Shown one piece after another: positions 51,346 to 64,000 of a stretch of DNA of 64,000 nucleotides. The number at the start of each line of letters is the position of its first letter. The first letter of the stretch is position 1. Position numbers and translations under genes: made by a program. The DNA comes from Eledone cirrhosa (taxonomy: Eukaryota): contig OZ024747.1 of NCBI GenBank assembly GCA_964016885.1, positions 26,970,001 to 27,034,000 of the forward strand. The letters run 5' to 3'. The notes under the pieces are model-generated. The model made no database searches and was not told the origin of the DNA. It was given only the letters and a program-made list of their open reading frames with translations.

Positions 51346-51384
51346 TCATCATCATTATTATTTTGCATATTATCACTGCTTTAC

Positions 51385-53490
51385 TTAGTGCAGCTCTGTG
51401 TGCCTTGGGTTTGGTAGTGGTGTTGTTTCTATTGTATTGAGAGTACTCTATGTAATATGTGTGTGGTGCCTAGTAGTGCTATTTTTTGTATGCTGTATAT
51501 ATTTGTAAGTCCTGGAGTTTTGGTTATGTATTTGTCTGTGTGCTTTTTTATCATTCCCAGAGCACCTATTATTATAGGTATTGTTTCTGTCTTCATCATC
51601 CACATTCAGGTTATTTCTGTCTCTAGATTTTTATATCTAGATAGTTTTTCATTTCCTTGGTAGTTATATTGTTGTCTGTGGAGATTGTTACATGAATTAG
51701 AAGACATTTTCTTTTGAAGTCTTTGACTATAATATCAGGTTGGTTGGTTTTGATCCCCCCGTCTGTATGTATTGGCAAATCCCAGAGAATGGTTGCTTTG
51801 TTATTCTCTGATACCTTTTCTGGTGTGTGTTTGTACCATCTTTTGTCTGTGGGTAGTCATAATGTTGGCATAATATCCAATGTATGTAAGTCCCTACTCT
51901 ATCATGTCTGTTGATGTATTCCGTTTTGGCTAAGACTGGGAAGCCAGAGATAATGTGGTTAATTGTTTCTTTTCCATCTCCACATATTCTGCAGTTACTT
52001 ACTATGTTCTGTTTCATTATATACTTCTGGTAGTTTCTGGTGGGAAGGCTTTGGTCTTGTGCTGCAACTAGATATCCTTCTGTCTCGGCTTTTAGTCCAG
52101 TACTTCATAGCCAATTTTGAGTATTTTACTTGTCTACTTCCCCTCTATTCAGCCTTTTCAGGTATTAGCTATGAAAGGGGTAAGGGTTTTTCTTGCCATG
52201 TTTTAACATGGTACTTTGGAGGTTTGTTTTCAGTTTGGATTTTAAGTTTTTCACAATTTCTACTGTTGTTTCTTGTTTATTTTCATCTTCCTCACAGGTA
52301 TCTGTTAATCTGGTTTTTGTTTTGTATTTATTGGCTTCCTTGAAGACTGAGTGCAATTTTTTGTTTTGTTCATGTTTTGTAGCTATTTCTATTAACTTTC
52401 CTTTGTTTTTCATTAGATATTTTTGTAGTCCTACAGTAGTTATTTTATAACAGCTTTTTAGTTGCATAAAGCCCCTTCTTCCATGTGTTCATGGTAGATA
52501 TTATCTTTACACACCTGATTTTGGCTGGTGTTTTCTAAATGCAGTCATTTTTTTTCTGTCTATTCCAGCTAGTTCTTTTAGTATCCAGTTCAGAATATTA
52601 AAGCTGTAGCTTACTATTGGGATCACTAGGGTATTGATGCTAATTACCTTATTCTTTGCATTTAGTTACGTTTTAAAAAATTTGTTGTGATGAAAAATTC
52701 TTTGTGAGATCAACCTAACACATTGAGTGTGTGGCCGGGGATTGAAAAAATTTCGTTATACTGAAAAATTCGTTATAACGACATTTTACCAGTATTCCCT
52801 TCTAATCTTCTTTTTCATCTCTGTATGCTGAACCCTATCTAATTCATTGATTCTTAAGTATTTGCCTACCTGTGTTTCTTTATCTAGCATAATATCAGTG
52901 TTTTTCATTAGTTTTCCTCCCTTCAGAATTGCCTTGGTGCATTTTTCTAGTCTAAATTTCATGCTTGTTTTGTTTTTTGGGGGAATCCATGTACTGTATG
53001 TAGCAGTGTTTTGAATTGTCTTTCGTTTGCAACATACAGTTTTAGATCATCCATATATTGGAGATGATTAATTTTCTTGTAGCATTTATACCCTAGTCCA
53101 GTTCAGTTTAGTGTTGCAGTTAATGGTGTTAGTGCTAAGCAGAAGAGCAGTGGGTGATAGGGAATCCCATTGAAGTATCCCTCTGTTGATTGGGATGGGT
53201 TCAGTTTTTATAGTTTCACCTTTCAATTCTAATTGCAGAACTGTTTGCCATTTACTTATGGCATGCTCAATAAATGTTCTTATTGTTGGTGCTGCCTTAT
53301 TCATGGCTAGTGTGTTCAGTATCCATGTATGGAGAACACTATCAAATGCCTTTTAGTAGTTGATCCATGCCATGCTAAGATTTTTTTTTCTTGTTGCAGT
53401 TTTTGGTTATGGCTTTATTTATTAGTAACTTATTTTACAGCCATATGAGCCTTTTCAGCATCCTATCTGTTCTTCTGGAAGCAGGTTGTT
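51385..53490 (-). pseudogene. Older RLE-type (R4/Dong-like) LINE: decayed RT, zinc knuckle and endonuclease
   Basis: AWINY*KAFDSV, GILQWDSLSP, HLQYMDDLKLY, CRICGDGKETINHIISG, YINRHDRV, IPIIIGALG; many frameshifts; probable unrelated insert at ~52665-52790. Confidence 0.85.
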
Positions 53491-53971
53491 TCTTTTTGTA
53501 GGGGTGTAGTTGTACAAAAGCGCTGTGCGTGCTTTTGTACTGTCCTGTGCCATCCTTAATGTTTTCCTTTATGTGAACCCTTGTGGTTGATAAAGAAATC
53601 ATTATTATCATTAGTAGTAGTTGTTGTTATTGTTGATGTTATTATAGTTGCAATTGTTGTTATCATTATAGTTGTAGTTTCTGTTAGAGCTATTGTTGTT
53701 GTAGTTATTGTTAAGTAATCAACTTTATCTATGACACAAAAATAAAAAAAAATAAATGGCATGAATGAACAAAAGCATCTATCTTCCTCGCCAACATCTC
53801 TTTGGGCAATGACATTTCACACATAAGGGTGGGATTGCATAATATTGAGCCCAGTTTGCATGACAGATTGAACAAGCCACAGGAAAGATGTGTATGAGAC
53901 AGCACAACAACATAGAGACAGAGGAAAACAATAGAATCTTTTTACTAGGAGAGCAATGTGAGCATGTAAAC

Positions 53972-54160
53972 AAATAATAATTGTTTCTACTTTTGGCACA
54001 AGGCCAGCAATTATCCCAGTGTATTACTGGTGCTTTATTTTATTGACCCCATAAGGATGAAAGGCAAAGTTAACCTCGGCGGGATTTGAACTCAGACCTT
54101 AAAAGGCCGTAACTCTATGCTGCAAAGCATGGCGTCCAACCCTCTACCGATACTGCCAGT
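53972..54160 (-). mobile_element. tRNA-derived SINE (8333 family)
   Basis: Reverse complement of 8333-8520. Confidence 0.85.
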
Positions 54161-54609
54161 CATATGACTAGAAACAGAACAGGATATGGTATAGGCAGGT
54201 TGAGCAAATGGTAACACAGGAAGGAAGGAAATATAAATAGACTTTTGTCAAAAAGTAAGTGTAGATGAAAGCAGGCAAACATGTCTTGTCTCTTTAGAAA
54301 TCAGGTAGTGGAAGAAAGAAGAATTGGAAATTGGGGACTAGTAGGTAATGTATACATCAGTAAGAGAACAGGAAAAAAGAAAGAAGTGAGAGAGAAACAA
54401 AAAGAGAGAGAGAGAGAGAGAGATTGTCGTACTACTAAGTAAATGGGTAGTTTATCAAAGAAGGAGTGTATAACGGTAAAGAAATAAGTAACAAAATTTT
54501 ACATGGAAAAGAAATGAAATATATGTAAAATATCGCTAACAGAAATGGTAGACTTTGTATATGGCAGGGGTACATGGATAGTCGGTAGTAAGAGCACCAG
54601 TGAAATATA

Positions 54610-55272
54610 CTGGGAAGGTACCATAGAAGTAGTTGATAGCTTTTGTTACCTAGGTGACTTAATTAATAGTGGAGGAAGTTGTTCTGAAAACATAGTAGCT
54701 AGAATAAGAACAGGCTGGAAAAGGATTCAGGGAGCTACTACCTCTGCTGACAACAAAGGGATGGAGTTAATAGTTTCTGTTACCTAGGTGACCTAATTAG
54801 CAGAGGAGGAGGCTACTCCAAAAGAATAGTAACTGGAATAAGAACAGGATGGAAAGAAAAACAGGGAGCTACTGCCCCTGTTGACAACAAAGGCTTTCTC
54901 TCTATAAACAAAAGGCCAGCTGTATGGTAAATCTGTGCAAAGTGTGATATTGCACAGAAGTTAAACATGAGTAGAAAATACAGATGATATGCGAAGGCTG
55001 GAGAAAAATGAAGTGGGCATGCTTTGATGGATGTGTGATGTTAGTGTGGATGAATAACAAAACATGGATGAGCTGAGAGAATAAGATGACATAAGTGGAA
55101 TCAAATATAAGTCCAAGGAAAACCTGGGTTGAAGTAATGAGAGCTGTTCTCAAAGCACTAAATCTTACTGGGATGACAAAAGAATGTAACAAATAGGGGC
55201 AGGTTGTGCTGGAGAAGACCCATCTAACCCATGCAAGCATGGAAAAACAGACATAAGATGATGATGATGATA
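54610..55272 (+). pseudogene. Decayed RTE C-terminal region with a ~135-bp internal tandem duplication and GAT tail
   Basis: EVVDSFCYLGDLINSGGSCSENIVARIRTGWK, and a second copy from gttaatagtttctgttacctaggtgacc; ends acccatgcaagcatggaaaa...gatgatgat. Confidence 0.8.
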
Positions 55273-55313
55273 TATATATACACATACACACACATATATA
55301 CACACATATATAT

Positions 55314-55600
55314 ACTAGCAGAATACCTAGCGATACCCAAGTGTTAAAGTAGCTATAAACGTACCAGAATAGTTCTTAATAAATGCATATTCAGTTTAAT
55401 AGAACACTATTGGATTTTTCTTGAAAAGTTAGCTTCCATGTAAGAAATTGATTTTTTTCCAAAACATTTGTAGCATTCCAGTGTGCAATCCACTGTGCTA
55501 TAGATACCCACTCAATATAAATTCAATTGTCTAAACATCATATAGCATATTAAAGAAAAACACAGGATTAGATGAATATGAAACAGTTTTATTTAATTTG
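55314..55600 (+). mobile_element. Possible non-autonomous Helitron/Helentron terminus fragment
   Basis: tactagcagaatacctagcgatacccaag resembles the ACTAGC..ACCCGGC..GCCCGG start of HINE/DINE-like elements; extent uncertain. Confidence 0.3.
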
Positions 55601-55649
55601 AAATCATTATGGAGCATAATATTTTATCTTCTGTTTTCGCTACACCTCG

Positions 55650-58600
55650 ATGGCTGGCCTTCCTCTTCAGCTTCCAGCAATGACTATCCCTCTACAAAGC
55701 TCAGGTGTGATCCACAATGGAGTATTGCTCTCATACCTGGGTAGGAGAGTGCTGTTATTACATACTGAGACAACTTAGACCCAGAATGAAGTAATGCTCC
55801 CATATCTGGAACAGTGTTGTTGTTGCTACACACAGAAATATTCTAGACGGAGATATCCACAATACTGGGTCAGTATTGCTGTTATATGTACAGATATCCT
55901 AGACCTACAATGGAGTACTGCTCCCACATCTGGGTGGGTCAGTATTGCTGTTATATGTACAGATATCCTAGACCTACAATGGAGTACTGCTCCCACATCT
56001 GGGTGGGTCAGTATTGCTGTTATATGTACAGATATCCTAGACCCACAATGGAGTACTGCTCCCACATCTGGGTGGGACAGTATTGCTGTTATATGTACAG
56101 ATATCCTAGACCCACAATGGAGTACTGCTCCCACATCTGGGTGAGACAGTATTGCTGTTATATGTACAGATATCCTAGACCTGCAATGGAGTACTGCTCC
56201 CACATCTGGGTGGGACAGTATTGCTGTTATATGCACAGATATCCTAGACCCACAATGGAGTACTGCTCCCACATCTGGGTGGGACAGTATTGCTGTTATA
56301 TGTACAGATATCCTAGACCCACAATAGAGTACTGCTCCCACATCTGGGTGGGACAGTATTGCTGTTATATGTACAGATATCCTAGACCCACAATAGAGTA
56401 CTGCTCCCACATCTGGGTGGGACAGTTTTGCTGTTATATGCACAGATATCCTAGACCCACAATGGAGTACTGCTCCCACATCTGGGTGGGACAGTATTGC
56501 TGTTATATGTACAGATATCCTAGACCCACAATAGAGTACTGCTCCCACATCTGAGTGGGACAGTATTGCTGTTATATGTACAGATATCCTAGACCCACAA
56601 TAGAGTACTGCTCCCACATCTGGGTGGGACAGTATTGCTGTTATATGTACAGATATCCTAGACCCACAATAGAGTACTGCTCCCACATCTGGGTGGGACA
56701 GTATTGCTGTTATATGTACAGATATCCTAGACCTACAATAGAGTACTGCTCCCACATCTGGATGGGACAGTATTGCTGTTATATGTACAGATATCCTAGA
56801 CCCACAATGGAGTACTGCTCCCACATCTGGGTGAGACAGTATTGCTGTTATATGTACAGATATCCTAGACCTGCAATGGAGTACTGCTCCCACATCTGGG
56901 TGGGACAGTATTGCTGTTATATGCACAGATATCCTAGACCCACAATGGAGTACTGCTCCCACATCTGGGTGGGACAGTATTGCTGTTATATGTACAGATA
57001 TCCTAGACCCACAATAGAGTACTGCTCCCACATCTGGGTGGGACAGTATTGCTGTTATATGTACAGATATCCTAGACCTGCAATGGAGTACTGCTCCCAC
57101 ATCTGGGTGGGACAGTATTGCTGTTATATGTACAGATATCCTAGACCCACAATAGAGTACTGCTCCCACATCTGGGTGGGACAGTATTTCTGTTATATGT
57201 ACAGATATCCTAGACCTGCAATGGAGTACTGCTCCCACATCTGGGTGGGACAGTATTGCTGTTATATGTACAGATATCCTAGACCCACAATGGAGTACTG
57301 CTTCCACATCTGGGTGGGACAGTATTGCTGTTATATGTACAGATATCCTAGACCTGCAATAGAGTACTGCTCCCACATCTGGGTGGGACAGTATTGCTGT
57401 TATATGTACAGATATCCTAGACCCAAAATAGAGTACTGCTCCCACATCTGGGTGGGACAGTATTGCTGTTATATGTACAGATATCCTAGACCCACAATAG
57501 AGTACTGCTCCCACATCTGGGTGGGACAGTATTGCTGTTATATGTACAGATATCCTAGACCTGCAATAGAGTACTGCTTCCACATCTGGGTGGGACAGTA
57601 TTGCTGTTATATGTACAGATATCCTAGACCTGCAATAGAGTACTGCTTCCACATCTGGGTGGGACAGTATTGCTGTTATATGTACAGATATCCTAGACCT
57701 GCAATGGAGTACTGCTCCCACATCTGGGTGGGACAGTATTGCTGTTATATGTACAGATATCCTAGACCCACAATGGAGTACTGCTTCCACATCTGGGTGG
57801 GACAGTATTGCTGTTATATGTACAGATATCCTAGACCTGCAATAGAGTACTGCTCCCACATCTGGGTGGGACAGTATTGCTGTTATATGTACAGATATCC
57901 TAGACCTACAATGGAGTACTGCTTCCACATCTGGGTGGGACAGTATTGCTGTTATATGTACATATATCCTAGACCTGCAATGGAGTACTGCTCCCACATC
58001 TGGTTGGGACAGTATTGCTGTTATATGTACAGATATCCTAGACCCACAATAGAGTACTGCTCCCACATCTGGGTGGGACAGTATTGCTGTTATATGCACA
58101 GATATCCTAGACCCACAATGGAGTACTGCTCCCACATCTGGGTGGGACAGTATTGCTGTTATATGTACAGATATCCTAGACCCACAATAGAGTACTGCTC
58201 CCACATCTGAGTGGGACAGTATTGCTGTTATATGTACAGATATCCTAGACCCACAATAGAGTACTGCTCCCACATCTGGCTGGGACAGTATTGCTGTTAT
58301 ATGTACAGATATGCTAGACCCACAATAGAGTACTGCTCCCACATCTGGCTGGGACAGTACTGCTGTTATATGTACAGATATCCTAGACCCACAATAGAGT
58401 ACTGCTCCCACATCTGGGTGGGACAGTATTGCTGTTACATGCACAGATATCCTAGACCAACAATAGAGTACTGCTCCCACATCTGGGTGGGACAGTATTG
58501 CTGTTATATGTACAGATATCCTAGACCCACAATGGAGTACTGCTCCCACATCTGGGTGGGACAGTATTGCTGTTATATGTACAGATATCCTAGACCTACA

Positions 58601-61600
58601 ATAGAGTACTGCTCCCAGATCTGGGTGGGACAGTATTGCTGTTATATGTACAGATATCCTAGACCTACAATAGAGTACTGCTCCCACATCTGGGTGGGAC
58701 AGTATTGCTGTTATATGTACAGATATCCTAGACCTGCAATAGAGTACTGCTCCCACATCTGGGTGGGACAGTATTGCTGTTACATGCACAGATATCCTAG
58801 ACCAACAATAGAGTATTGCTCCCACATCTGGGTGGGACAGTATTGCTGTTATATGTACAGATATCCTAGACCCACAATAGAGTACTGCTCCCACATCTGG
58901 GTGGGACAGTATTGCTGTTATATGTACAGATATCCTAGAGCCACAATAGAGTACTGCTCCCACATCTGGGTGGGACAGTATTGCTGTTATATGTACAGAT
59001 ATCCTAGACCCACAATAGAGTACTGGTCCCACATCTGGGTGGGACAGTATTGCTGTTATATGTACAGATATGCTAGACCCACAATAGAGTACTGCTCCCA
59101 CATCTGGGTGGGACAGTATTGCTGTTATATGTACAGATATCCTAGACCCACAATAGAGTACTGCTCCCACATCCGGGTGGGACAGTATTGCTGTTACATG
59201 GACAGATATCCTAGACCAACAATAGAGTACTGCTCCCACATCTGGGTGGGACAGTATTGCTGTTATATGTACAGATATCCTAGACCCACAATGGAGTACT
59301 GCTCCCACATCTGGGTGGGACAGTATTGCTGTTATATGTACAGATATCCTAGACCTGCAATAGAGTACTGCTCCCACATCTGGGTGGGACAGTATTGCTG
59401 TTATATGTACAGATATCCTAGACCCACAATAGAGTACTGCTCCCACATCTGGGTGGGACAGTATTGCTGTTATATGTACAGATATCCTAGACCCACAATA
59501 GAGTACTGCTCCCACATCTGGGTGGGACAGTATTGCTGTTATATGTACAGATATCCTAGACCTACAATGGAGTACTGCTCCCACATCTGGGTGGGACAGT
59601 ATTGCTGTTACATGTACAGATATCCTAGACCCACAATGGAGTACTGCTCCCACATCTGGGTGGGACAGTATTGCTGTTATATGTACAGATATCCTAGACC
59701 CACAATGGAGTACTGCTACCACATCTGGGTGGGACAGTATTGCTGTTATATGTACAGATATCCTAGACCTACAATAGAGTACTGCTCCCACATCTGGGTG
59801 GGACAGTATTGCTGTTATATGTACAGATATCGTAGACCCACAATAGAGTACTGCTCCCACATCTGGGTGGGACAGTATTGCTGTTATATGTACAGATATC
59901 GTAGACCCACAATAGAGTACTGCTCCCACATCTGGGTGGGACAGTATTGCTGTTATATGTACAGATATCCTAGACCCACAATAGAGTACTGCTCCCACAT
60001 CTGGGTGGGACAGTATTGCTGTTATATGTACAGATATCCTAGACCTGCAATAGAGTACTGCTCCCACATCTGGGTGGGACAGTATTGCTGTTATATGTAC
60101 AGATATCGTAGACCCACAATAGAGTACTGCTCCCACATCTGGGTGGGACAGTATTGCTGTTATATGTACAGATATCCTAGACCCACAATAGAGTACTGCT
60201 CCCACATCTGGGTGGGACAGTATTGCTGTTATATGTACAGATATCCTAGACCCACAATGGAGTACTGCTCCCACATCTGGGTGGGACAGTATTGCTGTTA
60301 TATGTACAGATATCCTAGACCTACAATAGAGTACTGCTCCCACATCTGGGTGGGACAGTATTGCTGTTATATGTACAGATATCGTAGACCCACAATAGAG
60401 TACTGCTCCCACATCTGGGTGGGACAGTATTGCTGTTATATGTACAGATATCGTAGACCCACAATAGAGTACTGCTCCCACATCTGGGTGGGACAGTATT
60501 GCTGTTATATGTACAGATATCCTAGACCCACAATAGAGTACTGCTCCCACATCTGGGTGGGACAGTATTGCTGTTATATGTACAGATATCCTAGACCTGC
60601 AATAGAGTACTGCTCCCACATCTGGGTGGGACAGTATTGCTGTTATATGTACAGATATCCTAGACCTGCAATAGAGTACTGCTCCCACATCTGGGTGGGA
60701 CAGTATTGCTGTTATATGTACAGATATCCTAGACCTGCAATAGAGTACTGCTCCCACATCTGGGTGGGACAGTATTGCTGTTATATGTACAGATATCCTA
60801 GACCTGCAATAGAGTACTGCTCCCACATCTGGGTGGGACAGTATTGCTGTTATATGTACAGATATCCTAGACCTGCAATAGAGTACTGCTCCCAGATCTG
60901 GGTGGGACAGTATTGCTGTTATATGTACAGATATCGTAGACCCACAATAGCGTACTGCTCCCACATCTGGGTGGGACAGTGTTGCTGTTATATGTACAGA
61001 TATCCTAGACCCACAATAGAGTACTGCTCCCACATCTGGGTGGGACAGTATTGCTGTTATATGTACAGATATCCTAGACCCACAATAGAGTACTGCTCCC
61101 ACATCTGGGTGGGACAGTATTGCTGTTATATGTACAGATATCGTAGACCCACAATAGAGTACTGTTCCCACATCTGGGTGGGACAGTATTGCTGTTATAT
61201 GTACAGATATCCTAGACCTACAATGGAGTACTGCTCCCACATCTGGGTGGGACAGTATTGCTGTTATATGTACAGATATCCTAGACCCACAATAGAGTAC
61301 TGCTCCCACATCTGGGTGGGACAGTATTGCTGTTATATGTACAGATATCCTAGACCCACAATAGAGTACTGCTCCCACATCTGGGTGGGACAGTATTGCT
61401 GTTATATGTACAGATATCCTAGACCTGCAATAGAGTACTGCTCCCACATCTGGGTGGGACAGTATTGCTGTTATATGTACAGATATCCTAGACCCACAAT
61501 AGAGTACTGCTCCCACATCTGGGTGGGACAGTATTGCTGTTATATGTACAGATATCCTAGACCTACAATAGAGTACTGCTCCCACATCTGGGTGGGACAG

Positions 61601-62450
61601 TATTGCTGTTATATGTACAGATATCCTAGACCCACAATAGAGTACTGCTCCCACATCTGGGTGGGACAGTATTGCTGTTATATGTACAGATATCCTAGAC
61701 CCACAATAGAGTACTGTTCCCACATCTGGGTGGGACAGTATTGCTGTTATATGTACAGATATCCTAGACCCACAATGGAGTACTGCTCCCACATCTGGGT
61801 GGGACAGTATTGCTGTTATATGTACAGATATCCTAGACCTACAATAGAGTACTGCTCCCACATCTGGGTGGGACAGTATTGCTGTTATATGTACAGATAT
61901 CCTAAACCTACAATAGAGTACTGCTCCCACATCTGGGTGGGACAGTATTGCTGTTATATATACAGATATCCTAGACCCACAATAGAGTACTGGTCCCACA
62001 TCTGGGTGGGACAGTATTGCTGTTATATGTACAGATATCGTAGACCCACAATAGAGTACTGCTCCCACATCTGGGTGGGACAGTATTGCTGTTATATGTA
62101 CAGATATCCTAGACCTACAATGGAGTACTGCTCCCACATCTGGGTGGGACAGTATTGCTGTTATATGTACAGATATCCTAGACCCACAATGGAGTACTGC
62201 TCCCACATCTGGGTGGGACAGTATTGCTGTTATATGTACAGATATCCTAGACCTGCAATAGAGTACTGCTCCCACATCTGTGACAGTGCTGTTGCAATAT
62301 ACACTGACATCATAGACCACATCCAAATAAAGGCTATTTGATTTATTGGCATAAAGTCACTTACCAACACACTCCAATCTCTGGTTCACAGACATGCTGT
62401 CTCCTCACTCTGCCTTTTCTACTGCTACTACTATGACCTCTGCTCCCCAC
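55650..62450 (+). pseudogene. CR1/Jockey-group LINE ORF2 C-terminal fragment split by a 69-bp array derived from it
   Basis: Before the array: QQ*LSLYKAQV*STMEYCSHTW; after it: EYCSHICDSAVAIYTDIIDHIQIKAI*FIGIKSLTNTLQSLVHRHAVSSLCLFYCYYYDLCS. Confidence 0.8.
55866..62280. repeat. 69-bp minisatellite, about 93 copies
   Basis: Unit agacccacaatagagtactgctcccacatctgggtgggacagtattgctgttatatgtacagatatcct. Confidence 0.99.
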
Positions 62451-62544
62451 TTGTCTCTCCTCTTGTTGCCTGTATTGTATCCTCCCTGCAAAAGGGATAG
62501 GCATGGCCTTTTGCTCCTGAACAGATCAGACCAAAAAGATCTAT

Positions 62545-63850
<1,306 letters not shown>

Positions 63851-64000
63851 GTAGTATTTTGGCCCCTTTTCACCCTCCCCCTACTGTATTTATCTCTCCC
63901 CACTCCCCACTTCTAATCTAACACTAGTTACATCTTGTAATACTGCTGCTATCACCCGACCATTTCTTCTCTCCCTGCCAATACCTCCCGCCTCACCCCC

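Noticed and set aside
55826-62341. Reflectin gene
   Set aside because: No reflectin MD(x)5MD motif; the unit is traceable to a LINE ORF2

Overview
Repeat-saturated eukaryotic DNA (intergenic or intronic) with no recognisable host exon. The mix of (TA)n microsatellites, RTE LINEs with (GAT)n tails, tRNA-derived SINEs, MITEs and restriction-like-endonuclease (RLE) LINEs is most consistent with a coleoid cephalopod such as Octopus (inference). Recognisable coding material is all transposon-derived: a young 5'-truncated RTE (RT plus Cys-rich finger), older RTE, RLE and CR1/Jockey-like pieces, and a 1.9-kb stop-free Helitron Rep fragment capped by a perfect 34-bp hairpin. About 40% of the window is large tandem arrays: a GTGT(A/G) pentamer satellite, a 30-bp array forming a 2940-aa ORF, and a 69-bp array. 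The best signals are (1) two Penelope-type minimal hammerhead ribozymes, one with a compensated U3-A8 core, (2) minisatellites that arose in place from LINE sequence, with the 69-bp array still embedded in its parent ORF2, and (3) the giant (PDYDCPGMTT)n ORF with a hydrophobic N-terminus and a downstream AATAAA. Most other ORFs in the track are microsatellite artefacts. Family assignments come from motif recognition only; no searches were run.
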